From: Pelomyxa schiedti
Taxonomy: Eukaryota; Protista; Evosea
NCBI GenBank assembly: GCA_020536535.1
Contig: JAHLWZ010000946.1
Location: 1-39,722, forward strand
DNA: 39,722 nt
Reading direction: 5' to 3'
In this document: positions 20,984 to 34,716 of the stretch, piece by piece
Numbering within the stretch: position 1 is the first letter of the stretch
Layout of the letters: every line of letters starts with the position of its first letter
The notes under the pieces: generated by a model
The model's database searches: none
What the model was told of the DNA's origin: nothing
Seen by the model: only the letters and a program-made list of their open reading frames with translations
Made by a program: the position numbers and the translations under genes

Positions 20984-22965
20984 ATGTCTGCGACCAACAA
21001 CAATCCCAGTGACGACAGCGCCAACAACACAGACGCCACACAGAAGCCTAGTGCCCCGCCCGCCGCTGCCGCTGCCCAGCCAAAGAACAAGCATTATGAA
21101 GACTACAACTGGGGCAGGCAACTCGGAATCGGTTCTTTTGGAGCCGTGTGTTTTTTTTTGTTTCTTTTTTTTTTTTTTGACTTGTATGATAGGTTATGCT
21201 TGCTACGGACAAAGAAAATGGCAGGGAAGTTGCTATCAAGGTGCTGGAGAAAGCACAAATCATAAGGCTCAACAAACAGAAATATGTGATTACTGAACGA
21301 GATATCTTGTGCAAACTTGATCACCCAAATGTTATCAAATTATATGGCACATTTCGATCTGAAACCAGCTTGCGTGAGTCCTGGATTCATGCACCACTTC
21401 CTTCTTAATACTTCCCCAGATTATGTTCTGGAATTGTGTCCAAACGGAGAATTGTTGGTAATTTCTTCCCCCCTTCCCCAGGCTCTAATAAGACCACATA
21501 GAAATTGATGCAAAAGGTAGAGTCCTGCAATATTGAGCTATTTTCTAAAGGTCTTAGCACAAAACCTTCTGTGAACCAGTTATTCAGTTTTATGGTGCTG
21601 AAATAATAAATGCTTTAGAGCACCTTCATTCAAGAGGTGTGCAATTTCTCGTACTTTCCTTCTATTAACCCTCCACAGGCATCATTCATAGGTACCCAGT
21701 GCCTATCTATGAGTCATACTTATAGATACTTAGAGATTTGAAACCCGAGAACTTGTTGCTCTCTAAAACCATGCACCTCAAGCTCATCGATTTCGGAACA
21801 GCCAAGGATCTATCAAAGCCGCCTGAGGAAAAAGCAGCAAATCCTACACAAGGTATCATATTCATGCAAAAGAACTTTTGCCAACAAAAAAAAGAGGTAC
21901 AAAGAACCAATTCCTTTGTTGGCACCGCAGAATATGTGAGTCCCGAAATACTCAATGCTCAATTAGACCTTATTGGTCCAACGTAACTTTTCTCTTCTAT
22001 GTATTCCGAGTAATGTTTTGCCAGGGTGGATCTTTGGGGACTAGGATGCATTCTCTACCAGATGGCCACAGGGCGTTTTCCCTTCCACGGAAAGACAGAT
22101 ATGCTTACCTTCCAGAGGATATCAGGCAGGGACCTGAAGTTTCCAACTAATTTCCCTCCTGTGCTTATGGACCTCATCGATAAACTGCTAGTTGTTAATC
22201 CAACCGAGCGGCTTGGTTATCGGGGATATGATGTAGGCCTTGCATTCCCTTACTATTTTAACACACCATCATAGGAGCTGAAGTCACACCCATTCTTCGC
22301 GGGGCTCAGTTTTCAAGGCTTGTGGGAAAAGGATCCTCCTGAAGTCACTCCACTCCCTGTAGCCCTCATATTTGACGACCCACCTTCCGCCCCACCGTCA
22401 GCAACAGTACCACCAGCTTCAGCAGCAGCAGCAACAACAACAACAACGTCAGGCACTACCACTAGCTCCGCAAGCACAACCGCCAGCACTGCCGCTACGT
22501 CGCATGCCGAATCGGCCGATTCTGCTCATTGGTAGGTATCCTACTCTTTGAATAAAAAATCTCACTGTGTTAAGGGCAAGATTTCTAAAACCAGGTGAGG
22601 CCGTTATAGTTTCAGGCACAGTTATCAAGCACAAGGGAATCACATCGCAGGTAACAGTATTTCCACACCGCAATCCCCTAATATCCTCACAGAAGCGGGA
22701 GCTTCTTCTTACCAATACACCACGGATGTTGTATATTCATCCCCAGGAACTGTCCCTCAAGGGAGAGGTACCATTAAACTCCAGCATACATTACGGTATG
22801 TCCAAGCCGCCAGCAAAGTTCTTTGTCCAATCGGTACGTTCTTTAGTTATTCACCCACACCTCACCATTTAACAGGGTAAAAGGACGTACAAATTTGAGG
22901 ACACAACCAAAAACGCACAGAAATGGCTTGATGGACTTGATTCTGTGCAGTCCAAGTTGCACTAG
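20984..22965 (+). CDS. PDK1: Mirror copy of PDK1
   Basis: Reverse complement of 16758-18739. Confidence 0.95.
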
Positions 22966-23165
22966 AAACGGGCTTATGGCAACAACTTGTGAGTGTTGTA
23001 TCTAGCTGTAAATACTTTAATGGAAAGGGTCTTATTGTTTCGTTGACAAAACCGGGGTTTTTTTTGTTTTTATAAAGAGGTCTCGGAAGGCAACAAGCAG
23101 AAATGTGTTGGTGTTTTGAATTCGAGTGAAAAAAACAAGAGAATAATGTGAATGGTTTGCTAGAC

Positions 23166-23990
23166 TCAGTCCACCTTTTGCATTTCTGAAACTACAGGGG
23201 CGGCAATTTTACCCTTGAGCTTATCCTTGTTGTATTTGGAGGCATCGCGGCGAGCGAGAATGGCCTTGCGGTCCTTGTCGAGCTTCAGTTTGGTAATGAC
23301 CACTTTGCTTGGGTCAATGCCGATATTAACACTGGCGCCTGAAATTGCGTCAATACAGTCTACGCATAAGAGGGGAAAGGAGCGCACCGTTTGATTTGTC
23401 ACGGGTGAGCTTGTCGATGTGAATAACCCACTTTTTGCGGTAGACTTGTGTGACTTTGCCCTCGCGGTTCTTGAAAGCTCCTCGGAAAACGAAAACCTCG
23501 TCATCCTTTCGAATGGGCAGGGAATTGACCTGGGGAGTGTGTAAGTGGAAGTAGGATGGGCTGGTGACGGCGTGAGATAACTCAAACGAAGTACAATGTT
23601 ACAGTAAAGGTGGTTACGCATACGTGGTATTTGGCCTTGAGCTCTTTAGAGAGAGGGGAGCTCATGATTTTGCGCCTAATGCTCGAGGGGGCGCTGAAGT
23701 GCGCTTTGCGGCACTTTCTTCGGGAGCTGCTGACACCTTAGGGGCAATGACTAAGGGTTCGTGCATTGAGTGGTGGGTGTTATGTTGTAATGAGAGTTGT
23801 CTTTCGGGGTTTTTTTTTTTGTTTGGTTGGTTGGTTTTGAGGCTTCGGTGTAATGGACAGATATATGTTGATACAGGCCGACAAAATAACACCCAAAAAA
23901 ACGGCCACGAGGGAACGAGACCACCACAACAACGATCATAGATCGCAATAAACGATTATTTGCGGGGGACGTACGTGGATTGTACTTCAT
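23166..23990 (-). CDS. RPL26: Mirror copy of 60S ribosomal protein L26
   Basis: Reverse complement of 15733-16557. Confidence 0.98.
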
Positions 23991-24397
23991 CGGGGCAGAT
24001 CTTCACGCGACGTGCGACGGAGGGTACCGACGGAGAGAACGAAAAATTAAAAAAAAAAGGATCTAATTACTTTCATTTTTTCCGTGGCTTCTTAATCTTT
24101 TACGTCAGAAGTTTTCCAACTGTCTTCTTCGAGCAGATTCTTTTCTATTTCTAACCCCGTGGAAATGTCGCTTTCCGGTCCTGCCTCTCCGAGGGTGATT
24201 CAACAGCAACAGTAAGCGCTCACTGACCAATAGTTTTGTCAGGTTACCTCCATTCCTTCAGGACTCAGCAAGGGTGTTTTCATCGCTGAACTAATAATCT
24301 GTTCACAGAGAAAACACGCGTCCACAGAAAAGTTAGACAGAGAAAAACAAACAAAAGGGAAACACAGGCCCACACGAGGGAGCGGAGATCCATAGCA

Positions 24398-26279
24398 ATG
24401 AAAAAGACCCAGACAAAGACAAAGAAGACACAAAGCCGCAAGAAAAATGCGGATCTTCCGAGATCCATGAAGGAGGGTGGGGAGAAGGAAATAATGTGGG
24501 GAAGGAACTACGCGGCTTTGGACTTGTTGACAAAGTTGGGCACTCCTTTGATGTTCTTGACTCCTTCAGTATGTTTCCGTTTTATTGTTTCTACTCTAAT
24601 CTCTTTGGGAAAAAGGCCTTTTATTACTGTTACATTTGTTGTGAGAACTACACTTGCTCTCTTGTCAATGAGCCGCTTCGTGTAGTGGAGTCTCAGGGCC
24701 TACGCTCACTTTTTAATACTATGGTGTCGACTCTCTGGGGAGTAGTTGTTGACAACCCACACGACTGGGTTTCGTCGGTGACCCTCTATATATCCTGGAT
24801 GACTCTTCAAGTTTGCTTCGCCATGTCACTCCTTCGTTTAGCCTAACGCAAGTAGATATTATTTTATTTATATTTCCCTTCCCCTATTGCTGAAGGTCAA
24901 CTCACTCCAGCAGGGAACAAGTGCGCTTTTTGATTTATAATACGTAGTTAAGTAACATGTAGGCTTATATACCGCGTAAATGGATGGAGGATGATGGTCA
25001 TCACTCATATTGCGTTTGCAGTGCTAACTCTTAGTGGAGGTAACTTTGTAAAAAAATGATTGCATTGTATAATTTTCCTCTTCAGTTCTTCCGGCATACA
25101 GACTGTTTGATCTGTGGCCCAAGATTCTTGTCCTCGCCAATATTTTTGGATTTGGCCTTTCTATATTTTCGTATATCAAAGCTCATTACTTCCCAACACA
25201 CCCTGACGACTGCAAGGTTTCTGGAAAGTATGTTGTGCAGTTACATTTTTACACTTTTAAATTTATTTTATACCAAAGTTGGGCGTATGACTTCTATATG
25301 GGAATTGAATGCAATCCACGCATAGGCAATCTTGATTTCAAACTGTTTTTCAATGGGAGGCCTGGTATTGGAGGGTGGGACCTCATCAATTTTTCTTTCA
25401 TGGCTGCACAATATCAGTAATTACCCATTGTTCTCACGTTTCTTTTAACCTTCATTAGTAAGTATGGCTATGTCTCAAATTCTTTGATCCTGGTCACCCT
25501 TCTTCAAGCTCTCTATGTGGGTGACTTCTTTTGGAATGAGGCCTGGTACTTAAAAACCATTGACATAGCCCACGACCACTTTGGGTGGATGCTATCATGG
25601 GGCGACTCTGTATGGTTACCATGCATGTACACTCTCCAGGTTTGAGCCCTTGGGTTGACCCTTCAGTAACTCCAGTTTCAGGGGTTCTACTTGGTTTACA
25701 ACCCCGTTGTATTGGAATGGTGGTGGTTTGGTTGTATTCTTGCACTCGGAGGTGTTGGATACTTCATCTTCAGGGGGGCTAATTCCCAGAAAGATTATTT
25801 CCGGGCAAAAGACGGAAAATGCGATATATGGGGAAAGCCAGCCACGTACTGCAACCCCGGTTAAGTGTCTCTTACACTGTCCTTAGGTTCGTTCAAGCTG
25901 AGTATTCAACTTCTGATGGACGACAGCACAAATCAAAACTCTTGACCAGTGGTTTCTGGGGATTGGTGAGTGTTCCTGTTTGATGTTGCTGGCATTCACT
26001 ATTCCCCAGGCAAGACACTTTAATTATGTGGGTGATCTAGCCATGTCCCTGGCCTTTTGTCTGCCCTGTGGTTTCAAGTATTCCCTTCCTATACGTTGCC
26101 TGCTTTCATAACCAGTCTCACAAAGGAACGTGATGCCATACTTTTATATCATCTACATGACACTGCTACTTGTGCACAGGTCGTTCCGCGACTCTTCGCG
26201 CCTAAAGCACAAGTATGGGGAGTCCTGGGCTGAGTACTGCAAGATTGTACCCAATCACATCATCCCTGGTGTGTTCTAG
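24398..26279 (+). CDS. DHCR7: Mirror copy of 7-dehydrocholesterol reductase
   Basis: Reverse complement of 13444-15325. Confidence 0.92.
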
Positions 26280-26511
26280 GACCCCAATCAACACTAGAAA
26301 CAATGGAAAAGAAAAACCATTCCATAAAAAGGCATCTTTGTTTTATGATTGTCAGTATAAAACTGACAAGGGTTGAATGATGCATTGTCCTGTAACACTT
26401 CCGTGTGTCCCTTCTCAGGACTTTTTCACCGCAAATTCTCCAATCACAAACGCGTTTCCTACAAGAAGAAAAAAAAAGCCACACAAGGGATTCGAACAAC
26501 AGAAACGAAGA

Positions 26512-28426
26512 ATGGGGGTTGGAGGTTTCCTTGGGAATAAATACGTTGGTCTCGTGGTTTTGACCACTGTGAGTGCTTTTAATTACTTCGACAGGTTTTT
26601 TTTCCCTCCCTTCCCCCATTGTGGGTTTTTCAGCTGTATGACACGAAAACCAAGGTATATTCCAAGTGCCAACAAGGAACTGATAAAGAGTGATTTGGAC
26701 CTGTCTGATCTCCAGACTGGTCTGTCTGTTTTATTTTCCCTCGTGTTGTAACTGGCGTTCCTTCTTCCCCTTTGGTAAGTATCGGGGATTAATTCATGGA
26801 TATTCCAACAGGTCTTCTTCTCACAACCTTTGTTATCGCGGAGATGCTTGCAGCTCCTGTCTTTGGATACATTGGAGATAAAGGGATTTCCAGAAAGGTT
26901 GATTGATTGAGTTTGTGCTCCCTTTCGGCGATTAATAGTACACTAGTACCTCCTTATGGCAGGGGTATTGGTGTGGTCAGCAGCTACATGCGCATCCTCT
27001 CTATGCAATACCTTCTGGTCCTTACTTATTCCCAGAACCATTGTTGGAATTGGTGAAGGTACTTTCCTCTTGCCTCGTACAGTTTTTTTTTTCTTGTTTC
27101 TTTGTATGAATTCACTCTCAAGTAGAACAAACCACACAAATGCAGCTGTTTACACCTCTGTATCACCTGCGCTCATAGCAGATTACTTCCCCAAGCATCA
27201 AGTCTCAAAAGCCCTCACTGCGTACTATGTTGTGATCCCTGTTGGAGTAGCACTCGGCTACGCAATTGGGGGCTTCGTAGGACAAAATTTTGGGTGGCGA
27301 ATGGCTTTTTTGGTGAGTGGTGTGCCGGGACTATTTTTTGCTCTATGCGTGGCTGCACTTAAAGAACCGCCTCGTGGCCAATTTGATGTTGTGGACACGG
27401 AAGGAGCAAGCAGCATTGTAGAGGATGTAACAGGGGAAGCAGATAATACAGAATCGCCGAAGAGTGGTGAGGCAGGGAAAAGGGATACCTCAGTTGGTCT
27501 AGTTTCACAAAGCTCCAAATCTACCACTCCACCAGTAATAGAGGGGCTCAAGGTTTCACTTCCTTCCCACCGTTACTCACTCAAATTATGTGACAGATTC
27601 TTTTTCGGAATAGAGCATGGGTATTCGCCACATGCGGTTATATTGCTGTGACCTTTGGGATGGGCGCATTGTCAGACTGGCTTCCAACATTCTTCTCCAG
27701 GTACACAAATAAAATAGGGACCGTATTAATGGAGGCTTAACTAGGTACTATGATGCCACCATTGCAGAAGCAGACGTTGTGGTAGGGGCTATTGTTATGG
27801 TGGGTGGTTTAGCAGGCACTATTGTGGGTGGGGTTCTGGCCGACATTGTCAGAAAATCCTTTGAACAACCATACTTCGCAGTGAGCACTGTATCGCAAGG
27901 CTTTGCCCTTTCACTGGGGTTTTTAGCACTTGTAATCACTTTGCCAAAGCTTGTTGTGGAGCTCCTGTTTTTCTTCATAGTCTTCTTCTCCTGGTTCTTT
28001 AACGGTATTCCCCAGCTTCAATAACACCAAACAAACACTGAATCCTTTTCTTGTACAACAAGCACACAGTAAATACTCTCACCAAAACAACATACACTCA
28101 CAAACAACACAGGGCCTATCAATGCAATTATAACCAATTGTGTATCGGCCAACATGCGGGGCCGCTCCAATGCCGTTGGAATTCTGTTCATACACGCCTT
28201 TGGTGACGCGGCCAGCCCCGCCATTGTGGGAGCCATATCAGATTCCACAGGGAACCTCCGGCTTGCAATCGCAATTGTGCCGGCAGTGATGTGCCTCAGC
28301 GTGGCATTTTGGGCTTGTGGGTGGGCATTTGTAAAACAGGACACCGCCGGTGGTGGGCTATCAAAGGCATTCCAAGAAGTGGAATTGGAGGATAAAAAGG
28401 GAGTGGGAAGAAGCCATGATGTCTGA
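26512..28426 (+). CDS. Mirror copy of the spinster-family MFS transporter
   Basis: Reverse complement of 11297-13211. Confidence 0.9.
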
Positions 28427-28534
28427 AGAGAGGCACTTTGTTTTTGCCAAATGGGAACACAATAAATGGGAATAGGGGTTCTTATACCCGCTTTATTTTT
28501 TATTCCCTCCTTTACAATAAACTTGTGTGTTATT

Positions 28535-31500
28535 TTACAGCAAACCCGCGCCGTCTTGGTTGTCTTCTTCATCATCTGATTCATCGAAATTGGTGAGTTC
28601 TTGTTGCACTTTCAGCTTTTTTCCTTCTGAGGGCCAGGTTAATAATGGCTGGGAAAAAAGGTGTAGCCATTACCGGCTGTTGACCAGAACCCTGAGTCCT
28701 TGTCTCCTTCATTTGGTGTGAACCATTCAAACCATCCATAGAACTCATTCAGGTAGTTCGCAAGCCGCTTGTCCATGTAGGCAAAGTTGTATCCTCGCTC
28801 ACTGACTTCCCAGAACTCTTTTGTGGTTCCAGTGCTGAGCTCATAATAGATACTATACAGCGTGGGAGTGAACTCCGTCCTGGGCAGGAAAGAATAAAGC
28901 TTTTATTTTCTTTAGGAGAAGTGGGAACCTTCTTAATTTCGAAGATATTTGCCTGGCAGGATCCTGTTGCTTGTGGTGCAGATAGAAAGTGGCAAGAATG
29001 ACTTGGGCGCGAAGAACTCCGCGGACATCTCGGCATGGCATATCTCCTAACTTCAGGAATATCTGCATTACTATGTTATTAGTTGCCCTTGGTGAAAAGA
29101 AAAAGGAAGAGAACCTCAAGTAGTTTGCTATGAATTTCGGAGTACTTCTTTGTTCTGTTTTGATTCATGCTCTCTGATGTCGCAAATTGTGGCAATGAGT
29201 AGCTGAAATAGGCTGTTTCGCACAGTACTCTCAAGTCTTGGGCCACTGTTTCCACAAGGAACAAAAAGGCACCGCCTCTTGCGCGGCATTGGTCGGCGTA
29301 ATATAGGGCATACTTAGCAATCTTGACAGCACGAACTGCAGTTGACAGCTCAATATCTGTTGGGTACATAAGAGGAGAAACGGTCGAATAACTGTTAGTT
29401 TGTACCTCTGTGTCTAGTAAGAAGTCGTTCACCCAGCACCCTGTACTGAAAAAGTGTATTATAAACAACTTTGATATCCCCAAAGTCTATTCAGGGTAAC
29501 TCTTAGTGAAGTCACCCCACATCACAATAACGCACTTATTCCAGCTCGAAGATAAGTATTGAAAAATTTGATGGCCAAGTCCAGTCCTGTTACATGTCCT
29601 TCGTGTGCGAAAGCTAGCCCAAGAATCCTGGTGCTGATGCAAATGTGGTAGCACAGATCATTGTGGAAAGTCATCAGCCCTTGAGAATAAAGGTGCTGAT
29701 ACTGACGCATAAGTTTCCATTCCACCCAGGTTTCACGTTGCACCAACTCTTGGATGCTATCATCATTTCTACATTGGAGAAGTTATTCCGTTTTGTTGTG
29801 GGAATAGAAAATTACAATAGGTAGAAATCAGGTGACCGTCGTAACCAAGTTGGAATTTCAAACCACTGTTTTGAAGCCTACAACAAACAGAGTGAGGATT
29901 TTTGAAGAAAAATTTTGAAGTGTACCTTGGATTTAATGTTGGCGTAGTGCATCCCAAAGCTGCACAGAGCATCAACTACAATGGAGCAAAAAACTTTATT
30001 TGCATCTTTTTCAGAGGAGGCATGGGTGCCCTCCAGCAGGCAATCAATGGTTTTTGTTGTGGATTGTTGCAACTCCTTTTTAAAAAAAGAATATAAATGA
30101 CGCGATTGAGGTAACGAAAGCAGGCACACCTGATGCTTGCGTGAGTTGCCATATGTTGTCAAGTTGATAGATTCGATGACAGTGTTTAGGCCCTTCTCAA
30201 CCAGATTGCTCACCACTTGGTTGGGATCCAGAATTCCCATGGCTTTGATCAGGAAGGGGAACAGAAAGAAAATCTGCAAGTTGGAAAAGAAGACTGCTAC
30301 AACTGGTTGTTGTTGTGTGAGTAGAGATAGAAAAAGGAAAAAGGGCACATGTTGCAAGTCTTGGGAAGTGGGACCTTGGGTCAACCTCAAGCCCCTCAAC
30401 ATCCACATCCAATTTAATTCCAACAGGGCCACCAGTTTCGAGGCCACACCAGAAAACGAGCACATTGAGAACAAATAAGAATGCAAAGTAAATTATGACG
30501 AACTTGGCAGTATAGAACTGGACAAAAAGGGGTCAGTTGAAAATGAGATACTTGAGAAGGTTACATGGCGGAAAACGACAGGGGAAGTTTTTTCCATAGT
30601 ATTTTGTATTGAAACAAAGCTGATGGTAATTACAATTCCGAAAATCATATTCGTTGCAGGAATCAATCCTTGCCACAGTGAAAACGCTGATAAAGCAGGT
30701 TAAAGTGACTACGGGGGGGAAAAAGTACATTGATTATAGCCACTGTTGAAAAGCGTCCAAGTGAGGGCCATTGGTGTGTAATTGTACCAAACTGGCTTGT
30801 CACCAATATACCATTTTTCCAAGCTGCGATCAACTGCCAGGCAAATAAAAAGCAAAGCCCAGCACAGCAGTACTCCAATAAATGGAAATCCGATAAGACG
30901 CTGAAACAGAGTCAACAATTTTGGCTCTAATATCACGGTGCTCACTCACAAGTGGAGAAATGGCAATTGGGTCAACAATTCGAAACAATGGGTCCAGAAT
31001 ATCGGCATCTGGTGGGACATCTTCCCTATTAGCTGCTTCCACAGGGGCTGTCTAAAAAACGAAAATCTTTTTTTAATCTCTATAGAAAGGAAGACTACTA
31101 GCATACTCTTGGGCGGTCTGAAGATATTTGGTTCCTGTTTTGGTTTGTGTTTTCCATTTAGAAACACAGAAACCACGAACAAATGTGTCCCCAGTTGACT
31201 CCCACAATTCACAACAACAACAAGGGACACGCCCCCCGTACCTTTTAAAAGAGCGAATGCCCTGCGTGTCCAGCCTCTTGAGCGCCAGAAGCGTGGCGTC
31301 GCCCGTGTTGGATCGGTGAGACAGCGGCACCGTGTCCCTCGCGTCGGCCCCGCCGCCGCGGCTCCCCCCCAGCCCCCGATTATGGGGCGTCATCGCCGCC
31401 CCAACCATGGACGCAACCGACGGTTGTCGCCTGGCCTGCGGCTGCTGCTGCTGTTGCTTGAAAGACGACGTGGTGCTGGTGGCGCTCCCCCCAGGCACTA

Positions 31501-31555
31501 ACTTGGAGGCGTGTGGTGACGTGGCAGAGGCAGACGCGGCCAGGAAGGGCTGCAT
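28535..31555 (-). CDS. Mirror copy of the DUF2254-like membrane protein gene
   Basis: Reverse complement of 8168-11188. Confidence 0.7.
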
Positions 31556-31706
31556 GTTGCAAACAACGTTTGGTTTTTGTGGTGATGAACACACGGGATT
31601 TCGAAGAAGAAATGGAACAGGGATCGTGGGCTTCTTAAGGCTGTTCTTTTGTTGGGGTACACTTTTCCTTGACATCAACCGCAACGTCACTTTCAGATGG
31701 GGATAG

Positions 31707-32384
31707 TTGTTGGGGGCTGTCGAGTACACTCAGTGGCGAAATTGCCGATTGTCAAGGTTGCCCTTCCACATTTTGCCTTCTGGGCGTCTAGCAGCGATTT
31801 TTAAAGACGGGACTGTTTCCTTTGAGATCCCCACTTCACTTCAGGTAAAATCCTCCCCGCCCCCGCTTTTGTTCTTGTGGATGAGGATAACCAGGTCGTT
31901 CACTTTGGTTTCCACGTAGCCGAGCGTAAGCCTCGTTGCTGAGGTGCAGCTGCTTGACAGTCACTTCGCGATCACCGGCCTTTTTGCGGTTTTTTTTTTT
32001 TTCCTCCCTTCCCATTTTCTTCTACTCCTGCTCCTTTTATTACCACCTCCCCCAACTCTCAGTCTTCCCCCCAACACACAGGTTCCGCGCAGTGACTTTG
32101 TTGTTGTTAGTAACAGCGCGAGATACCGCAACCTGTACGGGATTGACCTGATGAAGCTGCAACAGAACCACGGAGTCGCCACCAAAGTGCAACACGTCTT
32201 CCCTAGCCACGCCGCACTAATCACATGCATAAGTTCGGATACAAACAGTTTGTGCAGCATGGACCAGACAGGCCTCGCACAGATAATGGAGTTCACACAG
32301 AACCCAGTGCCGATAGGCATCACGGCCGCGGTTCCCCTCTCCGTCTCCAGCAACGACCGCCAGCAGCACCAAGGAAATGATTGA
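31707..32384 (+). CDS. Mirror copy of the WD40-like hypothetical gene
   Basis: Reverse complement of 7339-8016. Confidence 0.45.
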
Positions 32385-32557
32385 AGAACAGCAAACCAAA
32401 CCCCAACACTACACAACCCTCTGCCCCCTATTGCCAAAACATCTTCATATTTTTTCCACTGCATTTAAGGGAAATAACAAAGATAGAAGCTTGATTTTGG
32501 CTTGGGGCGATTCAGAGATGACTACGATGACGAAGATGAAGGGGAAGAGTTGGCTCG

Positions 32558-34716
32558 TCAAGAGCGCTTGTTCTTCTTTCTTGGGCCAACTACGTGGGCA
32601 TTGGTAAGTTGACACTCTCCCAAAGCAAGCACTTGCAGACGCTCACGAACTGCCTCATCCAAAAAGGTAGGATTGACTTGTAAGAAACCGGTGTCTGGAA
32701 TGCAGCACAACATTGCTATTGGGTTCGTGAGTTCACTTGGGAAAGTGCGAGGAGGGAAGGGGGACTTACTTGGATCTGTGGCTTTCTCATGTTGTCCTAC
32801 CAAGCCATACAATATGACAGCTACATCACCTTTCTTCAGGTGTTTTGGGTATATCAGTTCCATAACTGCCTTTTTGATAAATATCTTGGCCTGAGTGCCG
32901 TCTGGTAAGACCACGCAGTAACTATTGCCATTAAAGTGTTTGACCACGCCAAAGGCCATATCTGGAGAACACGTTAGGGATCAACAAACTCAGAGTGGAC
33001 AAGTGTACCTATGACAGCGGTTGTGTTTCTTTCTAGAGCTTCAGACTTGAGTTTCCTGATTTCGGATGCGGTCTCGAAGTCTATCTCGATATGTGCCGGA
33101 AACAAGTGGGCAATTGAGGGTGAGAGCCTGCACTCAACAACAGTGCTTGCGTTGATGATGTACACCGCTTGGTTCGTGTCCATTTTTCGGCATAATGTTA
33201 TTCCTTGGATCAAATAGAATCCTGGTACCGTTTGGACTCCACCAGCGACTCTAATATTGGCCTCATTTGCCTGGAGTAGTGTTAGTGGTGTGCGTGTGGG
33301 GGTTTTTTGGGGTGTTAGGCCACAAAAGGAACCTAAAAAGTAGAGGGAAAAGAGACTTGTGGTTACCTCTCTATCATAAGCGATGATGCCGTGACCCGTC
33401 GTCAACACGGCGCTCACCACAACACTCCTCATGTCACCAATGGCGCACTGCACATATGAGCCACAAGCAGCTTCCGTATCGGCATCAAAGCCAGTTTGCT
33501 GTTGCTCATGGACCGGATCAGAGTCGCTGGATTGGGGGGATTCTGGCTTGATTTGTTCTGGTTGCGGCGAGTTGATGACCGGAGGAGCAACCAAAGAAAC
33601 TTGTGCATGCGGCGCAACGGGGTGTTGTGTCTCATCGTGGTCATCCTCCAGTACAATGGGCGCATTGAGACTACCAAGCCCAGCATTACTTGTAGTCTTG
33701 CAACGCTTAGGGACTGGTGACAAAGGAGAATCGACGTGGTGCATCACTTGCAGACTCATGCCAGGAGCACGGGCCTTCAGAACAGGAGGAGGCAGTTGAA
33801 CTGCCGGAGTAAGGCAAAGACGACCATCGCGGTCGCCCCGCAGTTGCAAAGATGCAGCAGGCTGTGGGGGCATCCTGCCAATTCCAATACGGCTGGGTTC
33901 AGATGAGTCATCCCTGCTGGAGGCTGCTGGTACATTTTCAGGGCTATGGCGATGATGTTCAACCTCAGCAAGGGAATGACGAACAGCATCAGCAGCAGTA
34001 GTAGTAGGGCTAGCATCAATAAAGCGATTTCCCGATTCAACATTATTCACACCTTCTTGAAACAATGGCGAACCTGTGTGGTTTCAGTGTAACTTAAGAG
34101 AAGGGAAGATTCTTTGCGTGACTGTGCCGTGGTGAAGAGTTTTTACAGTGAGTGTAATAAATATAATAAACTCACAAACCTAGGCGAGGAACAGCGGCAT
34201 CACCAATCACGGCATAATCTGGCAAGCAACAGTCGCAGCCCGGTGTCACCGGGAACTTAAAGTTTGGGCACAGCCTATCATAAGCTTGAACAATGTAAAC
34301 TTCTTTGTTGATCCTGGAAATAGAAATATGTTAAAACAAATGTAAAAAAAACCAAACTAGAGCAAGCAAGATGTGGAAAATGTATATACGATACAAAAAA
34401 CAACCAACTAAGCCACACCACACCTTTCCACGCGTTTGACGACCGCGGATTTGACCGCTATGGCCTGCCACACCTTCGGCACGGGCCGCCATTTGGTTGT
34501 AATAAGGCCAATGTACTTCTCGGTTGCAAGTTCCGTACCAGTTATCGGATCTAGCTTAGTGCCTTGGATTTCGTATTTTCGGACGAGGCCGTCTGGATCG
34601 GGGCCAGGAACAGCCTGGATATCTTCAATGCTCACAACGGCATCGTACTGCTCCCCTCCCATCTCGTCCATCATTGGTCCCTCCATCGTGAGTTCTTTGT
34701 TGAGTTTGCTTGTCAT
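32558..34716 (-). CDS. Mirror copy of the putative RPA70-like OB-fold gene
   Basis: Reverse complement of 5007-7165. Confidence 0.65.
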
